Assembly: GCA_951406725.2 (NCBI GenBank)
Contig: OX597825.1
Coordinates: 15,252,001-15,316,000, forward strand
Direction: 5' to 3'
Length of the DNA stretch: 64,000 bases
DNA from: Octopus vulgaris
Taxonomy: Eukaryota
The stretch's first letter is position 1; each line of letters opens with the position of its first letter. The position numbers and the translations under genes were made by a program. A model generated the notes under the pieces. The model had not been told where the DNA came from. It was given only the letters and a program-made list of their open reading frames with translations, and ran no database searches. Below are positions 27,921 to 42,483 of the stretch, one piece after another.

Positions 27921-27996
27921 TCGTCGGCATTTTGGCTAAGATAAAAGTGTCGAATATATACATAGATATATATATATAGATATATATATACATATA

Positions 27997-28323
<327 letters not shown>

Positions 28324-29046
28324 GTATATATAAGTTTGTATACATACATTCATGTATACCTGCGTGTGTATAGATGGCAGATGGCTCTGCAATTTAGAAA
28401 TAAATTTCTTAATCACATATTTTTACGTTAACTCCCATTAGGCGTTATGTTTGGGAGGAGTACTTTCTACTATAATCTGGGACGATCCCGCTTTGTCGCT
28501 CGATTCGGTTGGCAGAAAGCCTGCCAGTATATCCATAATCAGACGACATCAACATCATTTAAATAGGTTTCTTCTATGTTTTTTGCATTTTTTTTGTCTT
28601 TTTGTTTTACCCTGAAAAATATGCATGTCTTAACTCTTTCTGAAAATGCCCCATGCGAAAACTTCCTATTTAGTACGACATATTTCCTTCTACGAGAAGT
28701 ATTTACAAAATATTGATTATTCTAGACGATGTTAAGGGTGTTGTTTATATACTAATTTTTCGTCTGAACAATTTCCAACATAGCGTACATTCTACTTCAT
28801 AACTAAGCTCCAACCTATGTATATCTGAAGTATTTTCTTCATTTTTTCTTTTTTTTATGAGGCGGGGGTTAGATTTTTCTGTTTTCTACTACTTGTCGTC
28901 TGGAAAAAATCTGCTGGTGGCAATTTTCTTTATGTCACATAGTGTACCGCTTTGAATGGTGTAAACTTGTTCCTGCCACTTCAGTAAGCATTTTGAACCA
29001 TGAATATCAATGGAAATAGATATTTGCCAAAATATATTGACACTTA

Positions 29047-29107
<61 letters not shown>

Positions 29108-29471
29108 GAACGTTTCCAGTACTCCAGGTGATTGTACGGGCTACACTCAAACGATTCCGAATGTTTTCTGATTGTAAAGCTGCATAAAAGAGAATAACTT
29201 CGTAAGAGACCATCGTTTTTCTGTTTTTCTTTTTATCTTCTGAGTAGTTTGACATATAGAAGAAGAAGAAGAAACAGAAGAAACAGATGATGATGATGAT
29301 GAAGCAGGAGAATGAGGAGGTGAAGGCAGAGGGGAACGTGTTCCTATAATATCTCTACATTGGTATAGATTAATGTTATTCTGAAATACTATATGTATAC
29401 GTACATATATATCTACTTGTAATTCCCTACTCAAATCTTTGTTAAAAGTAAGCACATGCACATACACACAC

Positions 29472-29531
<60 letters not shown>

Positions 29532-29783
29532 ATATATATATAAACATATATATATATACATATATATAAATATATGTATATATATACATACATATTTATA
29601 TATATATATATATATATACATACATATATATATATATACATATATATATACATATATATATATACATATATACATATACATATATATTTATACATACATA
29701 CACATATATATAAATATATATATATATCTATGTATATATACATGCATACATATATATATATATACATATAAATACATATATTC

Positions 29784-29814
<31 letters not shown>

Positions 29815-30418
29815 ATTAAGTAACCAGATTTGGTATACACCATTAGTCCAAAATATTACACATCACACACACACACAAACACGAACACGCACATAGACAT
29901 AGATATATGCAAATAGATAGATAGGTAGATAGATAGATACATAGATACATATATACATACATACATACATATACATTAACGTTTTTATTTTATAAGGAGA
30001 GCCTAACGAAATTAATTTGCAATAAGGAAACCGCATTATATGAATGCATTACGAATTATTAAACCTGACATTTTACCAAAAAGCGAAACTAATATCTCGA
30101 ATTGGATTTTATTCAGTTCAAATTCAACGAACCGCATGAATATAAAACGAAGTAATTTTCCAGAAAACATAATGGTTTTAAATAGTATTTTTTCTTTCTT
30201 ACGTTTGTCTAAGATCGGAAATTAATTAACTTCAATAAATTATCAGCTATAAAGATGACAGCATTTCAGAGTATAGCAAACAAATAATTTACTTGTTAGT
30301 GTTAGCTAATGATTTAATTGGTATTATCAGTTTGTGACACGAAATAGCATTCACTTCCACACAACTAAATTATTCAAGAGCATTTCCAAGTCGAAGTGAG
30401 AAATCATTTTGTAGCGAC

Positions 30419-30494
<76 letters not shown>

Positions 30495-30519
30495 CAGCAG
30501 CAGTAGCAGTAGTAGTAGT

Positions 30520-30568
<49 letters not shown>

Positions 30569-30690
30569 GTAGTAGTAATAGTAGTAGTAGTAGTAGTAGT
30601 GTTGGCTGGTGTTAGTAGTAGTGTTGGTGGTGGTAGTAGTGGTGGTAGTGGTGGTGGTAGTGGTGGTGGTAGTGGTGGTGGTGGTGGTTG
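30419..30690. repeat. Compound trinucleotide microsatellite (GTA/GCA/TCA/GTG)
   Basis: Direct reading. Confidence 0.95.
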
Positions 30691-31411
30691 ATGTTGTATT
30701 TCTTTCCCTTTCTCTTCTCTTTGTTTTTTTTGTGTTTTGGGGTTCTTACGACTACCACCACTTCAGCCACTATTACATTTAACCTTCCTCCCAGCAATCC
30801 TCATCCCCCGACCCGCTCCCATGAACGAGGAATGAGATCGGCAAAAATCAAATCGCTACCACCACCACCACACCATCATGATCATCATCATCATCATAGG
30901 CTTTTCCTCGTCTCCATCATTTGCGCTGCCATTCGCCTAATCATCATCATCAGCGCAGAGTTGCAATTTCGAAATTCGTATTAACACTAATTAAATATAT
31001 CTTAATCAATTATGCTTTGTTTGTCTGCGTATTATCTGTACAAACTATCATCGCCACTTCCTCCACCTTCATTATCAACGCCTTCTTCCTCGTTATCATG
31101 GACATCGTTCTGGCTCGGCCTTGCCCATTATAAAGCCTGATAACTAACCACGTACGCGGCCAATATCGTCATAAATAAACTTCTATCTCTTTAATCAAAC
31201 ATTACAAACTTATATAACCATCGTTCATTCTCTCACTCGTCTTTTCTCTAGTGTTTCAATCATTATTCTTTGTATCCAGACTTTCTGGAATACTATTTCT
31301 GTACACAACAGCAAGAGGAGTCGCTGCACTGTTATTCTAACCGCAAAGCAACGAAACTTTTAAACGCGGGCGCAGGCGTGGCTCCGGATTCTATCCACGT
31401 TGTGGTATATA

Positions 31412-31645
31412 AGGCGGTGAGCTGGCAGAATCGTTAGCACGCCAGGCGAAGTGCGTAGCCGTATTCCGTCTGCCGTTACGTTCTGAGTTCAAATTCCGCC
31501 GAGGTCGACTTTGCCTTTCATTCTTTCGGGGTCGATTAAATAAGTACCAGTTACGCACTGGGGTCGATATAAGCGACTTAATCCGTGTGTCTGTCCTTGT
31601 TCGTCCCGTCTGTGTTTAGCCCCTTGTGGGTAGTAAAGAAATAGG
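31412..31645 (+). mobile_element. Family A SINE monomer inserted into a family B head
   Basis: Flanking direct repeat GGTATATA (31404-31411 and 31644-31651); family B pieces GGCGCAGGCGTGGCT before and GGGCAAGTATCTTGTACTAT after. Confidence 0.9.
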
Positions 31646-31671
31646 TATATAGGGCAAGTATCTTGTACTAT

Positions 31672-31800
31672 GGAGGCGAAATGGCCCAGTGCTTAGGGCA
31701 GCGGACTAGCGGTCGGAAGATCGCGGTTTGGATTCCCAGACCGGGCGTTGTGCGTGCTTATTGAGCGAAAACACCTAAAAGCTCCAAGAGGCTCCAGCAT
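31672..31800 (+). mobile_element. Family C SINE 5' part
   Basis: Near match to 765-858. Confidence 0.85.
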
Positions 31801-32344
31801 TGAATACGTACCAAGGCTTGTAATTTACAGTTAAAGACACACAGGGAAGCAATCAGCACTATGTGAGCGGTTTACATTTGTCGATGTTGGAAAGAACTCG
31901 TTCTTGAGTAATTGTACTGGTGACTTTGAAGTAAGTATTTAATTAAGGGAAAACATTGGATCGTAATGAATAGAAATCAATTGTTTTAGAGATGTTTTCC
32001 GATCACGCCAAAAGGTGGCGGTGATCACAGTTGTTGTGATGATGTTGATGATGGTGGTGAAGCAGATGCTGGCGTTGGTGGTACTGGTGCGAGCGGGTGG
32101 CGGTGGTACAGAGGGGAATAAGTTCAGTATGTAAAGGGTTACAGTGATTACAAAGTTACTATTGTTGATGGCGAAGGTAGCGGTAGAGACGAAACTGATG
32201 GAGGGATAATAATGCTGGCGATGATGTTGCTTACAAACACTCATACTGACCTTATAATTTAATCATTAAATTAATCGTAACAACTGCTTTCAAAGTTGTT
32301 ATCGTGGTTTAATTTTCTCTTCCTTCACATCCATATTCCATTTG

Positions 32345-32443
<99 letters not shown>

Positions 32444-32654
32444 AAGTCTATATAGGATTTGTCAAGTAGATAGCATGTAAAACAGTTTAGGTATAGATTA
32501 ATACGGAGTATATAATATTTTATAATACTTATAGCAAAAGCAACTACATGATAGAATCAGATGCTAGAAAGAGATGTCAAATGACTCTAAAATTACATTT
32601 TTTGTCATATAGATACGGACTGGAAGCGAAGGAACTGAACGAAGATTTTATACA

Positions 32655-32706
<52 letters not shown>

Positions 32707-32713
32707 CGATAAG

Positions 32714-32819
32714 AAAATGGAGAAATAATAACAACCTTTGGTATTATAAAGCGATTAATTAAATAATGGCTCTATAACCCCAAAGAGCCATTTCTCATTA
32801 TTATTTAGTTCTCCATTTT
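32714..32819. repeat. Short imperfect inverted repeat
   Basis: AAAATGGAGA..AATAATAA..CTTTGG..TTATAAAGC versus GCTCTATAA..CCAAAG..TTATTATT..TCTCCATTTT. Confidence 0.65.
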
Positions 32820-33008
32820 GTCATCGACTTTATATACATTAAACTACGGTTTACCTTTTAAATTACCTACTACCGTATACTTTATAACAAAGATCATTCA
32901 TACTGAGATAATTACCAGCCGTGCCTCAGTTCAGGTGCTTGTGTGTATGCGTGTGTATATGTGTGCATATTTACTCATACATATGCATGCATCTGTATAT
33001 ATATATAT

Positions 33009-33039
<31 letters not shown>

Positions 33040-33090
33040 TATAGATAGACAGAGAGAGAGAGATAGATAGATAGATAGATAGATAGATAT

Positions 33091-33129
<39 letters not shown>

Positions 33130-33149
33130 TATATTTAGATAGATTCATT

Positions 33150-33242
<93 letters not shown>

Positions 33243-33254
33243 AGACATAGATAG

Positions 33255-33390
33255 TAGTGGTTTTGTGGTAAGTAGCTTGCTTACGAACCACATGGATCCG
33301 GGTTCCGTCTCACTGCGTGGCACTTTGGGCAAGTGTCTTCTACTATGGCCTCGGGCTGACCAAAGCCTTGTGGGTGGATTTGGTAGACGT
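33255..33390 (+). mobile_element. Family B SINE 5' part
   Basis: GTGGTAAGTAGCTTGCTTACGAACCACATGG...GGATTTGGTAGACG. Confidence 0.88.
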
Positions 33391-34642
33391 GGTTAAGCTA
33401 CTTCTGTGCAGAGCAAAAGTAGGGAAAATTACGTTATACACAAGTTTATATTATTAGATCTTACGTACGTTTCACCATTTTGACTGTTTGGAAATCCATG
33501 TTGTATGTCCCAATGAGAAATAGATGCACCACCATAACGGATAATCAGGGAAGTCTATTTTGCGGTATGTTACAGAGATATAAAGTTTCTGTAGGTAATG
33601 TCTTTAGTTCTCAGTAATGTAATGAAATTAAGTATTCCTTGATGATCCGTTGCTGTTACGAAACCAGTTGCACATGGAACATTTGAATGCAGAGTTCACA
33701 TATATAAATATACTTATGTGTGTGTATGTGTTTTTATGCATGTACGCATGCTTTTTTTGTGAAATTAGCGGTCAATATTTTCATTTCAGCTGCTGTCATT
33801 ACAAGCATTTAATTATTAAATATTTGAGATTCTTCTAATATACAAAGCAACGTTTATTTCCGTACCACGTCTTAACATTTTCCAGCGTAACACGCTTTAA
33901 TTTAATATTTATGTTTGGCTTTCGTGGAAAAATATTGCTCAAGGTTTGATAAATTTAAGAAATTCAACAGCTTTAACTGAGAAATTAATTATTCTATCAA
34001 CAGAGTGCAACACTCGAATCTGGTTTTGCAATTTTCAGATACTAAAAGAGTGACTTACTTGATAGTAGGTTCAAATCACATGTTAATATTAATCTTTAAC
34101 CCCGCTCCTGATCACAAATTCATAAGAGTGTGCATGACATTGAAACTCACACAGTCGCACTCATATAAATGCCAGTATATATTTGCGTGTGTATGAGTGG
34201 GTGTCTGTTTGTGTGTGTGTGTGCTAGTGTCTGTGTGTTTGCATACAAATATTTGTATGGTTTTTCTTAGAGTGTTATTTAAGCTCTTCCTGAGAGAGTC
34301 CAAGCCTGTCGCTAACGAAGCGTCAAGTCTTTTTGAGTTCAGAGATTTCTCGGTGTTTGTTAATGTGCGGTTGACTTGGTGTGTTCGTTGAACTGACGAT
34401 GCATACACCCGAGTATGTGCAGCTATTTACATAAGACTCTCAGATGGATAATTTTCGGTTTGTATTACAAATATGCACTGTGCCATTAATAGATTGTATT
34501 TCTCTGTGAAACCGCGTATTTCTAAGTTTTTCTGCAAATTTGTTTGTATATAGCCTAATGCACATAGGCATGTATGTATGTTTGTATATATACATACATA
34601 TACACTCATATATATATATATATATATATATTCGTATGTATA

Positions 34643-34680
<38 letters not shown>

Positions 34681-34848
34681 CAGATTTATATATATATATA
34701 TATATATGTATGTATATGTATGTGTATATAAATAATATGAATACACTAGTACACTTTCATTCATACACATATACATTCACACAAATTCTCTCTCTCGCTC
34801 TCGCTCTCTCTCTTTCTCTCTCTCTCTTTCTCTCTCTCTCAGTTTCTC

Positions 34849-34901
<53 letters not shown>

Positions 34902-35397
34902 ATGTGGGGATGTAGAACAAAACATAATCGGGAGAATATATTCAGCAATACAGAATAAAGACATATAAACAATTGAGTACGCATAGGAACGCGTGTAGCG
35001 CAGAAACCTTGATATTGTGAGTACATACTAGGGCTTGAACTCTCATCACTAGAGTTCAATCCTGGACGTAGTTATTGTTCTTGCATATCATACGTAGTAC
35101 TTCGTTATCATTTTTGACAATATCCATATCTGGATACAAATTGTTTAATATCTGTCCGCAAACATATTTCAATCTAATGCTAAGACTTCAGTCTTTCTTC
35201 AGTAAACATCGAAATAAACAATTAAATGCTAATAATGAAAGTCACTATTTGGTTTCTTGAATAAATTGCATTTCAGAATAACAAATGAAAATTGATAATG
35301 CTGAATCACAGGCATGAAGAAAACAATGGTGTATGCAATGTGAGTGTATACGACTTCTACAGAAATAGACTTACTGTGTGGGCTAACGTAAGAATAG

Positions 35398-35924
35398 CTT
35401 TCTAACTAGAAAGGGTATGGCCTGGTCAGCCTGTAATGACATGCATAATATCTGGTCATCAAATCTAAGTAGAGACTTCAAACTTGAAATCTTCAAAGCC
35501 ACAGTCGAACCAATTCTACTATATGGCTCAGAAACCTGGACGTTATCAAAGAAGCTTCAGAGGCGGTTGGATGGAACCTACACTCGCCTCCTTATGAGAG
35601 CTCAAAATCTCTCGTGGAAGCGCCATCCAACCAAAATGCAAATATATGGGAAACTACCACCTGTGTCATCTCTTGTGAAAGGTAAGAGAGTCCAGTTTGT
35701 TGGACATTGTTGTAGAGCTGAAAAAGAGGTAATTTCTACTCTTCTCCTCTGGAAGCCATCTACCCACAATACCAGAGGGCGCACACTCTCCTACCCTGAT
35801 GTAATCTCCAGGGATACAGGCATCCAGCAACAGGACCTCCGTAATGCCATGATGGCCCGTGAAGTCTGGCGTAGAATGGTAAATTCCATTGTCTCGACCA
35901 CGGTCGCACAATGATGATGGTGAT
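35398..35924 (+). mobile_element. 5'-truncated RTE-type LINE with open C-terminal reading frame, (TGA)n tail and target-site duplication
   Basis: ORF 35417-35914 contains FKATVEPILLYGSETWTLSKK...RVQFVGHC; TSD GTAAGAATAG (35388) and GTAAGGATAG (35925). Confidence 0.9.
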
Positions 35925-36234
35925 GTAAGGATAGGCATTATTTCTGCTGCACCATACGCTCATTATTTCAGCTCCATCATATTTACATTGTTCCTACCAT
36001 AAACGTGTGTTGTGTTTATTCTCCGCAAGGCCGTTACACTTCATATTATCGTTGGTATTTTTACTACATTATGAGAAAGGGAGAGACTATACCGAGTCTT
36101 CACGACTACCAGGAAGGAGAGAGGAAATTATTAATCCACCGGTGAAATTATTTGAATTACTCCAATAGAGGAAATTCCACTAAATTCACTAAATTACCAA
36201 GCGGTGGTGTTTAAACGTGTAGTAGTCGTTATTA

Positions 36235-36515
36235 GGTTCTATATTTAAGAGATGAGGAATTATGTTCATTATTTACAATATTTACATTATTTACATTTGA
36301 CGGATATTTGTCCTCATCTTGTTTGTTGTTAACACAACGTTTCGGCTGATATATCCTCAAGCCTTCATCAAGTGTCTTGGGGAAATTTCAAACCTGGCTT
36401 CTCAATCGTAAGGTATTTTTCGATGTTGTTGTTGTTGCTCTTCTTGTTGTTGTTGTTCTTCTTCTTCTTCTTCTTTTTCTTCTTCTTTTTCTTCTTCTTC
36501 TTCCTATTATTATTA

Positions 36516-36550
<35 letters not shown>

Positions 36551-36729
36551 ATTGTGTTTTGTGTTATTGTTGTTGTTGTGTTGTTGTTGTTGCTGTGTTG
36601 TTGTTGCTGTGTTGTTGTTGTTGTGTTGTTGTTTTTGTTGTTGTTGTTCATGTCATTGCTGGGAATAGAACTCGGAATCTTGGGGTTAGTAACCAGCGCT
36701 CTTAATCACTCCGCCACATGCCCGTTGGC
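36235..36729 (-). mobile_element. Non-autonomous element: tRNA head, (AAC/AAT/AAG)n tract and hammerhead-containing tail
   Basis: Minus strand GGGCATGTGGCGGAGTGATTAAGAGC...GAGTTCTATTCCC (A/B boxes, 36723 to 36650), microsatellite 36424-36648, HHR 36375 to 36332. Confidence 0.8.
36332..36375 (-). ncRNA. Minimal type-I hammerhead ribozyme fold (C3U variant)
   Basis: ACAC-TTGATGA-A-GGCT tgaggatatatc AGCC-GAAAC GTT-GTGT; palindromic AACGTT stem III. Confidence 0.7.
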
Positions 36730-37520
36730 TTTTGCGTCAACAACTCAAGTCAAAGAGAAAGAAAATATATCCGATAATTTCGCCAATTTAGTATCTTGCG
36801 TTGCTACATTATTTTATAGAACTCTAAATGATGGGTGTCAAAGACAACTGAAATCTGAAATCAAAGATAACTGAGAGTTGAAATCTGAGCGCAGAAGAAA
36901 CACTGCCAGTTGTTTTGTGAAACACTTTAACGATTCTGCCAAGGCACCGCCTGTAGTTTTACAATGTGCACAAAATTATGCTTTGAAATATAAGCGAACA
37001 CATTTACTATTTATTTCATAGATGTTCCCATGGTTGGAATTTATTAAAATCTGAATTCAATTACACTATTCAACACCTAGGAGATTTTCAAGAATAGAAT
37101 TTTGAAAAACTTGAAAATTAATTATCTTACCAAATAGTCTCAAATACATCATGAGAATACAATTTTATGCGAATTTCTTTCATTTCTGCAGAAAGAGAGA
37201 AAGAGACAGATAAAGAAAACAAAAATCTCTTCATCGATCCAATTTGTTTCCATTCTTTCATTGTTCTGTTTTATTTTATTATTTCAATAGTTCCAATTCT
37301 TAGGCTGCTGCTATGACAAGATACAATTATTTGCAGTTTAAATCCATTTTACCGAATCCATACCTTGCAGTGTTACTTATCAGGTCTCCTTCAGGAGTAC
37401 GAGCGATGAAATTTACCAAAGTGTGACAACTTATATAAGGGAAATATGACCAGAAATCTAAAGGGTTATCTTTTCTATTCACAGCAACAATTCAAACATC
37501 CTTTATATGAACTGAAGTTA

Positions 37521-37933
37521 GGCGGCGAGCTGGCAGACACGTTAGCGCGCCGGGTGAAATACTTAGCGGTATTTCGTATGTCGCTACGTTCTGAGTTCAA
37601 ATTCCGCTGAGGTCGACTTTGCCTTTCATCCTTTCGTGGTCGATAAATTAAGTACCAATTACGCACTGGGGTTGATGTAATCGACTTAATTCGTTTGTCT
37701 GTCCTTGTTTGTCCCCTCTGTGTTTAGCCCCTTGTGGGTAGTAAAGAAATAGGTATTTCGTCTGTCGTTACGTTCTGAGTTCAAATAACGCCGAGGTCGA
37801 CTTTCCCTTTCATCCGTTCGGTGTCGATAAATTAAGTACCGGTTACGCACTGGAGTCGATGTAATCGACTTAATTCGTTTGTCTGTCCTTGTTTGTCCCC
37901 TCTAAGTTTAGCCCCTTATGGATAGTAAAGAAA
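37521..37933 (+). mobile_element. Dimeric family A SINE
   Basis: Head followed by two roughly 184-bp tandem units, each starting GGTATTTCGT (37568, 37752). Confidence 0.93.
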
Positions 37934-38539
37934 TATACATACACTAAAGTGTCACTATATTAAAACTATTTCACACTTCATAGCGTACACTCATTGTGAG
38001 TAAAATATCTTTTCGCTATTTAAATGCGCCCCTGAAAAAGAAATCACGTTATGCAAATTAGACTGACATGGCTGAAATATCGTTTGCAATTAAGATTTCT
38101 TCGAAGCATAAAGGGTGACAGGAAGTTATCGATTTAAAGTGATGTCCAACTATCCATGAAATACGCCAGGGGGACTTTTTATATTTCAAGGATTATAAGA
38201 AGTTAACACAATATATATTCATTCGTTTACTTCACATATCGTATGTGATACAAGCAGAAGTTTAAGATCATTAAATTTAACTAAGACTTTTTTACACACG
38301 TTATTCATTTAGAAAATATTCAACTATTTATTTACGATAGGCAAATAAGATTGATTGTTTCAGTTAAGGCCTAATTTGTGCTTGATCCCAATTGCAATTG
38401 ACATCAACTTAACATAGTGAGCAAAGGATGAATACTTCCAAGCCATGCATGAATATCCTTTTACCATTCACAGAATAAGTCAGGCTGCCGAAGGTGATAA
38501 AGGAGGAAAATGAAAGTGAGAAGGAAGATGAAGGTAACG

Positions 38540-38860
38540 ACTAGGATTGCTGTATTTTAGAGACTGAAAGAGTAAATAAAAAAAGTTAGAGCAACAGTTT
38601 TGCCTTATTCGCGGGATCCTCTCTAATGCCCCGCTGTCATTGTATTGACGATTTAGTGCTATCAATCCCATGAAACGACAGCTCCATTTTTTCATGTCAT
38701 TTATTACCTCTCTTCACTCTACTTTAGAATTTAACTTTTCCCTCTCCGATACTTCCTCAAGATGTTCGCGATTATCATCACGCTCCTTCGGAACTTGCAC
38801 TGAAATACTATTGACTCCCTCTCTATTATACTTTTTTGCTTGAACTCATTAAGGCCATAT
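38540..38860 (-). pseudogene. Possible very old CR1/L2-type ORF2 remnant
   Basis: Broken frames EVINDMKK...EDPANKAKLL resemble the EN-RT linker; weak. Confidence 0.3.
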
Positions 38861-39736
38861 AATTCTGAATGCTCAAAACTGTATCTAACTACTTTCAGTA
38901 ATAACACTATGAAACAATTAAAATGGAATAAAGTAACATCTTTTAATCGCTTCTTATAGAATACCTTGCTGTGATCAATTACTGTGGATTAATCGCAGAA
39001 GAACCCTTATCGAATTTGTTGAAAGGAATTGTAGCTGATATGTTTCAATTCTCTTGCATTTTAATATTACATTGTTCAAAAACGATTAGGTGTTGTTCGA
39101 GAAAGAAATTACTGCTTTTTCCGCCACTTGTATGCATATGTGAAGATTACACAAGGTTCGAAATCCACAACTAAAACGAAGTACGATGTTCAGTAATACA
39201 ATTAAGTGGTAGCGATAGATAAAGTACACCCTCAATGTACTTTAGTTTTATCGGAATATCATATTTCGAATTCGGTAATTTCAATTAGGAAAGATTACTC
39301 GTACAACGTTATGTTCATGAATTTGTTTTGCTAGATATCTGCTGTAAAATCGCGTGTTCAAACAGATATTGTTATATTTTGGGACGGTCATTTGTTTTTT
39401 CTTGCCAAATAAACACACGCTCTATATATATTCGTTCTGCACTCGTTTACTGTTGTTTTTATTTTATCATACGTGTTGAGTAAAATAAGCAAGACAATAT
39501 TACCGAAGATATTGTGATATTAAACGAACTGCTGTAGTAATTCATAAAGTTGCTTTAACTTTTAATTTCCCCAATGATTCCCAATTGAAGGAAGGAAGTT
39601 ATCATACCAGCTTTGAAGAGTATAATAAAGACTGTCATGATTGCTTAACTCTGCACATTGCACATTGGAATTCCATATCTTATCAAGCAGAAGACGCGAA
39701 CAGGAATTAATCCAAAATTGATTAAGCATAGTGAAA

Positions 39737-40030
39737 GGGCGTGGCTTATTGGCTAAGGGTATTCTGTTCATGAGCCTGAGGTTATGAGTTCGACTCCTGG
39801 TGGCGTATTCTATCCTTGAGCAAGACACTTTATTCTACGTTACTTCAGTACACTCAGCACTAAGTTGTTCTTTGAATTCAAGGGTCAGTCTTGTCACAAA
39901 GTGTGTCACTCTGAATCTCCATGAGAACTATATTAAAGGTATGCATACCTGAGGAGAGCTCAGCTATTTCCCCACTAATTACACGAGCAGGCAGTTCCGT
40001 CGATCGGAGTCGTCGTAACCGACGGAGCGC
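39737..40030 (+). mobile_element. tRNA-derived SINE (further family)
   Basis: GGCGTGGCTTATTGGCTAAGG A-box, GAGTTCGACTCC B-box, TCCTTGAGCAAGACACTTTATT. Confidence 0.7.
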
Positions 40031-42483
40031 GAGGAGGAATGAAACGTTACTTCAAACATAAGCCTAGTTTCGGTTTGGTTAGTAAGAGAAGTTGTTCAAT
40101 AAAGGACGCCTAACGAGCTTAGTAAAGGTTTCACAGAAGTGGAATAATTATTAATTTTGAAAATACCCTTCCAATATGCATGCATAACTCTTTAATATAA
40201 TTTTCCAAATTGTATTAAATGGAGATCCAACTATATATTCACGTTATAGTCAAATTACCTTATTTTAGCCCAATTTCAAATTGCTCAGAAACCTGAGGAC
40301 GTCTTCTATGGGGACAGATTATATAAAATATATTTTGACATCGCTAGAAAAATGAGAAAAAACGCCATGAAACTTGCTTTAATTTTCTTTCTCATTCCCA
40401 ACTCTTTTTTACTGTCTCAATTTTTTTACTTCCCCTACTCTTTCACTCATATTCTCTTTATAATTTTAGCTTCTTAATTACACCTCATGATTTAAGCTCA
40501 TTTTTATTTCAATAATTAATCAACAAAAGACAGAACGGCTCCTTAACTTTTCCAGGCTACACTGACACACGACGGATTTGGTTACTGTTTTGTAGATCCA
40601 GATATAAAGAAAATCTGAACGACTGTGAGTCTCGAAAGTGATGATTGGCACAAATGTTGCGTTATGTAATGCAGTAGAGAAAAGCAAAGGTAGACATAAT
40701 CTCGTTAGAGAATTTGGGTGCCGACAGGGTCGAGAATTAATGTAGTTATAGAAGAGAATGAATAAAACAGCAAATTATTTAAGTAGACTATTTCATTCTG
40801 AAGTGTTTTATATGGTAGACTAGAAAATGCACACTGTACAAAATATGCATTTGAGCTAATTCTAATTATCTCACAGCCCAGTTTAACACCACCGCGGAAC
40901 TCTTGGACACCCTTAGGTGAGCTGATCCAATCACATGTATTTAGATTAGGTTCCCTTTTGAGTATAACTTCTATCCTTCCTGCTGAAAATCAAATAGGTC
41001 CGGAAAGCTTTAACACGTCTTTCATTTTACATGAAGTAATTGAAAAACACTTCCGCTCTGCAAAATTCCGCCGACAAAATTCCTCTTTCATGTTTCTTCA
41101 TTGGAAAAGCAATATCTCTTACCGAATGAAATTTATTTCTTCTACCGAAATTATTAATACAGTCCACCACTTTGTTTCGTCTGAACGTGATTACTGAAAT
41201 TACAAAGCTCAAAGATTACTGTTAGCTATCCGTTCACCATTACAACTGCACACTCATTGCGAAATATTCTAGTTTTGAGCACTGCGTTTACATTTTCTCA
41301 GTTTCCTTAATATATACAACGTAGCGCAGATAATGACAGTTATTCCTATATTTTCCATTATCCACTATCCTCCAATACAGACCACAAACTCACTACAAAC
41401 TTTCTTTTCCTGATACCGACCATGACTTTTAATTACAGCGCAAAACTTTATTCTGAGTTTTCATTTTCTTCTTTACATTATTTATAAGACCTAGCTCAAA
41501 ACTTTGATAACTTTCATCTGCCTCCTCTCCCCAGTTTTAGAAATTTTACGTTATTGTCGTTATTTATAAATTTGTATCTGTTTATATAAAAGTTAATTTC
41601 TGTAAGAGATTTTGATGTTAAATTACCAGACAAAATGGAAATACAATTCTGTATGCATTGAAGTGTAATTTGTTAGACACACAATATGAGGCAGCACAGT
41701 ACAAATTGCTTTTCACTTTAATATAATATATTATCGGAATAATTATATTGAAGGTTGAGTCAAAGATAGAAATAACAAATAAGAAATGTAAATATATATT
41801 TATAGGTTGATAGGGCATTGAAAAATGATTTCATAATTTGACAACATGTCACAGATCTAAAGAAAATACATATATTCCAGTTGCCCTCAAAGTGTTACTT
41901 TTGCTACCGTTGTTGACTTCGGTGAAGCCACAAAGCATGTCCTTTGCAGCCATACTAATTGTGATTTTCAATAAAATTTGAGATGTAATAAGTTGGATTT
42001 TAACTTAAGGCAAACGGCACTACATACGATCGAAATACTAAATTGGTGAAAAAGCTTTATTAATGTTGAAATATATTAATATATTTTGCCTCATAGTTGT
42101 CGTTCTTTGTTAAACGATACACCTAAAAGCATTTGCGTTATTACAATTTAAATATATTAATATAATAAACCCGAATCTTAATATCATGCAAGTATCAGCT
42201 TTTTCTGACCAGATGGAAAGATGAAATTTGTATGGAAAGGAGTGTAGGCAATACTGCTTCACTGTATTTCAGATATTTTTAATAACCCATTACATCCAAT
42301 TAAAATATGATGGCGTTTCGACTTCGAATCTGGAAGATTCAATCTTTTATTGGTTGTGAAGAAATTGCGGCGATAGAAGCAATAATGAGGACCTTGTTTT
42401 CTTCGGAAACCCCAACCAGCAGCATTAATCTGGACATTCATATGTATATAATGATGCAACTTCTGAAACATTTTAAGAACTTG

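Noticed and set aside
36650-36723. Functional tRNA gene (also the heads at 765, 31672, 39737, 46530)
   Set aside because: Acceptor stems do not close, and each continues into repeat body sequence
40958-41212. piggyBac transposase remnant (MKKHERG)
   Set aside because: Similarity too short; no TTAA or TIR seen
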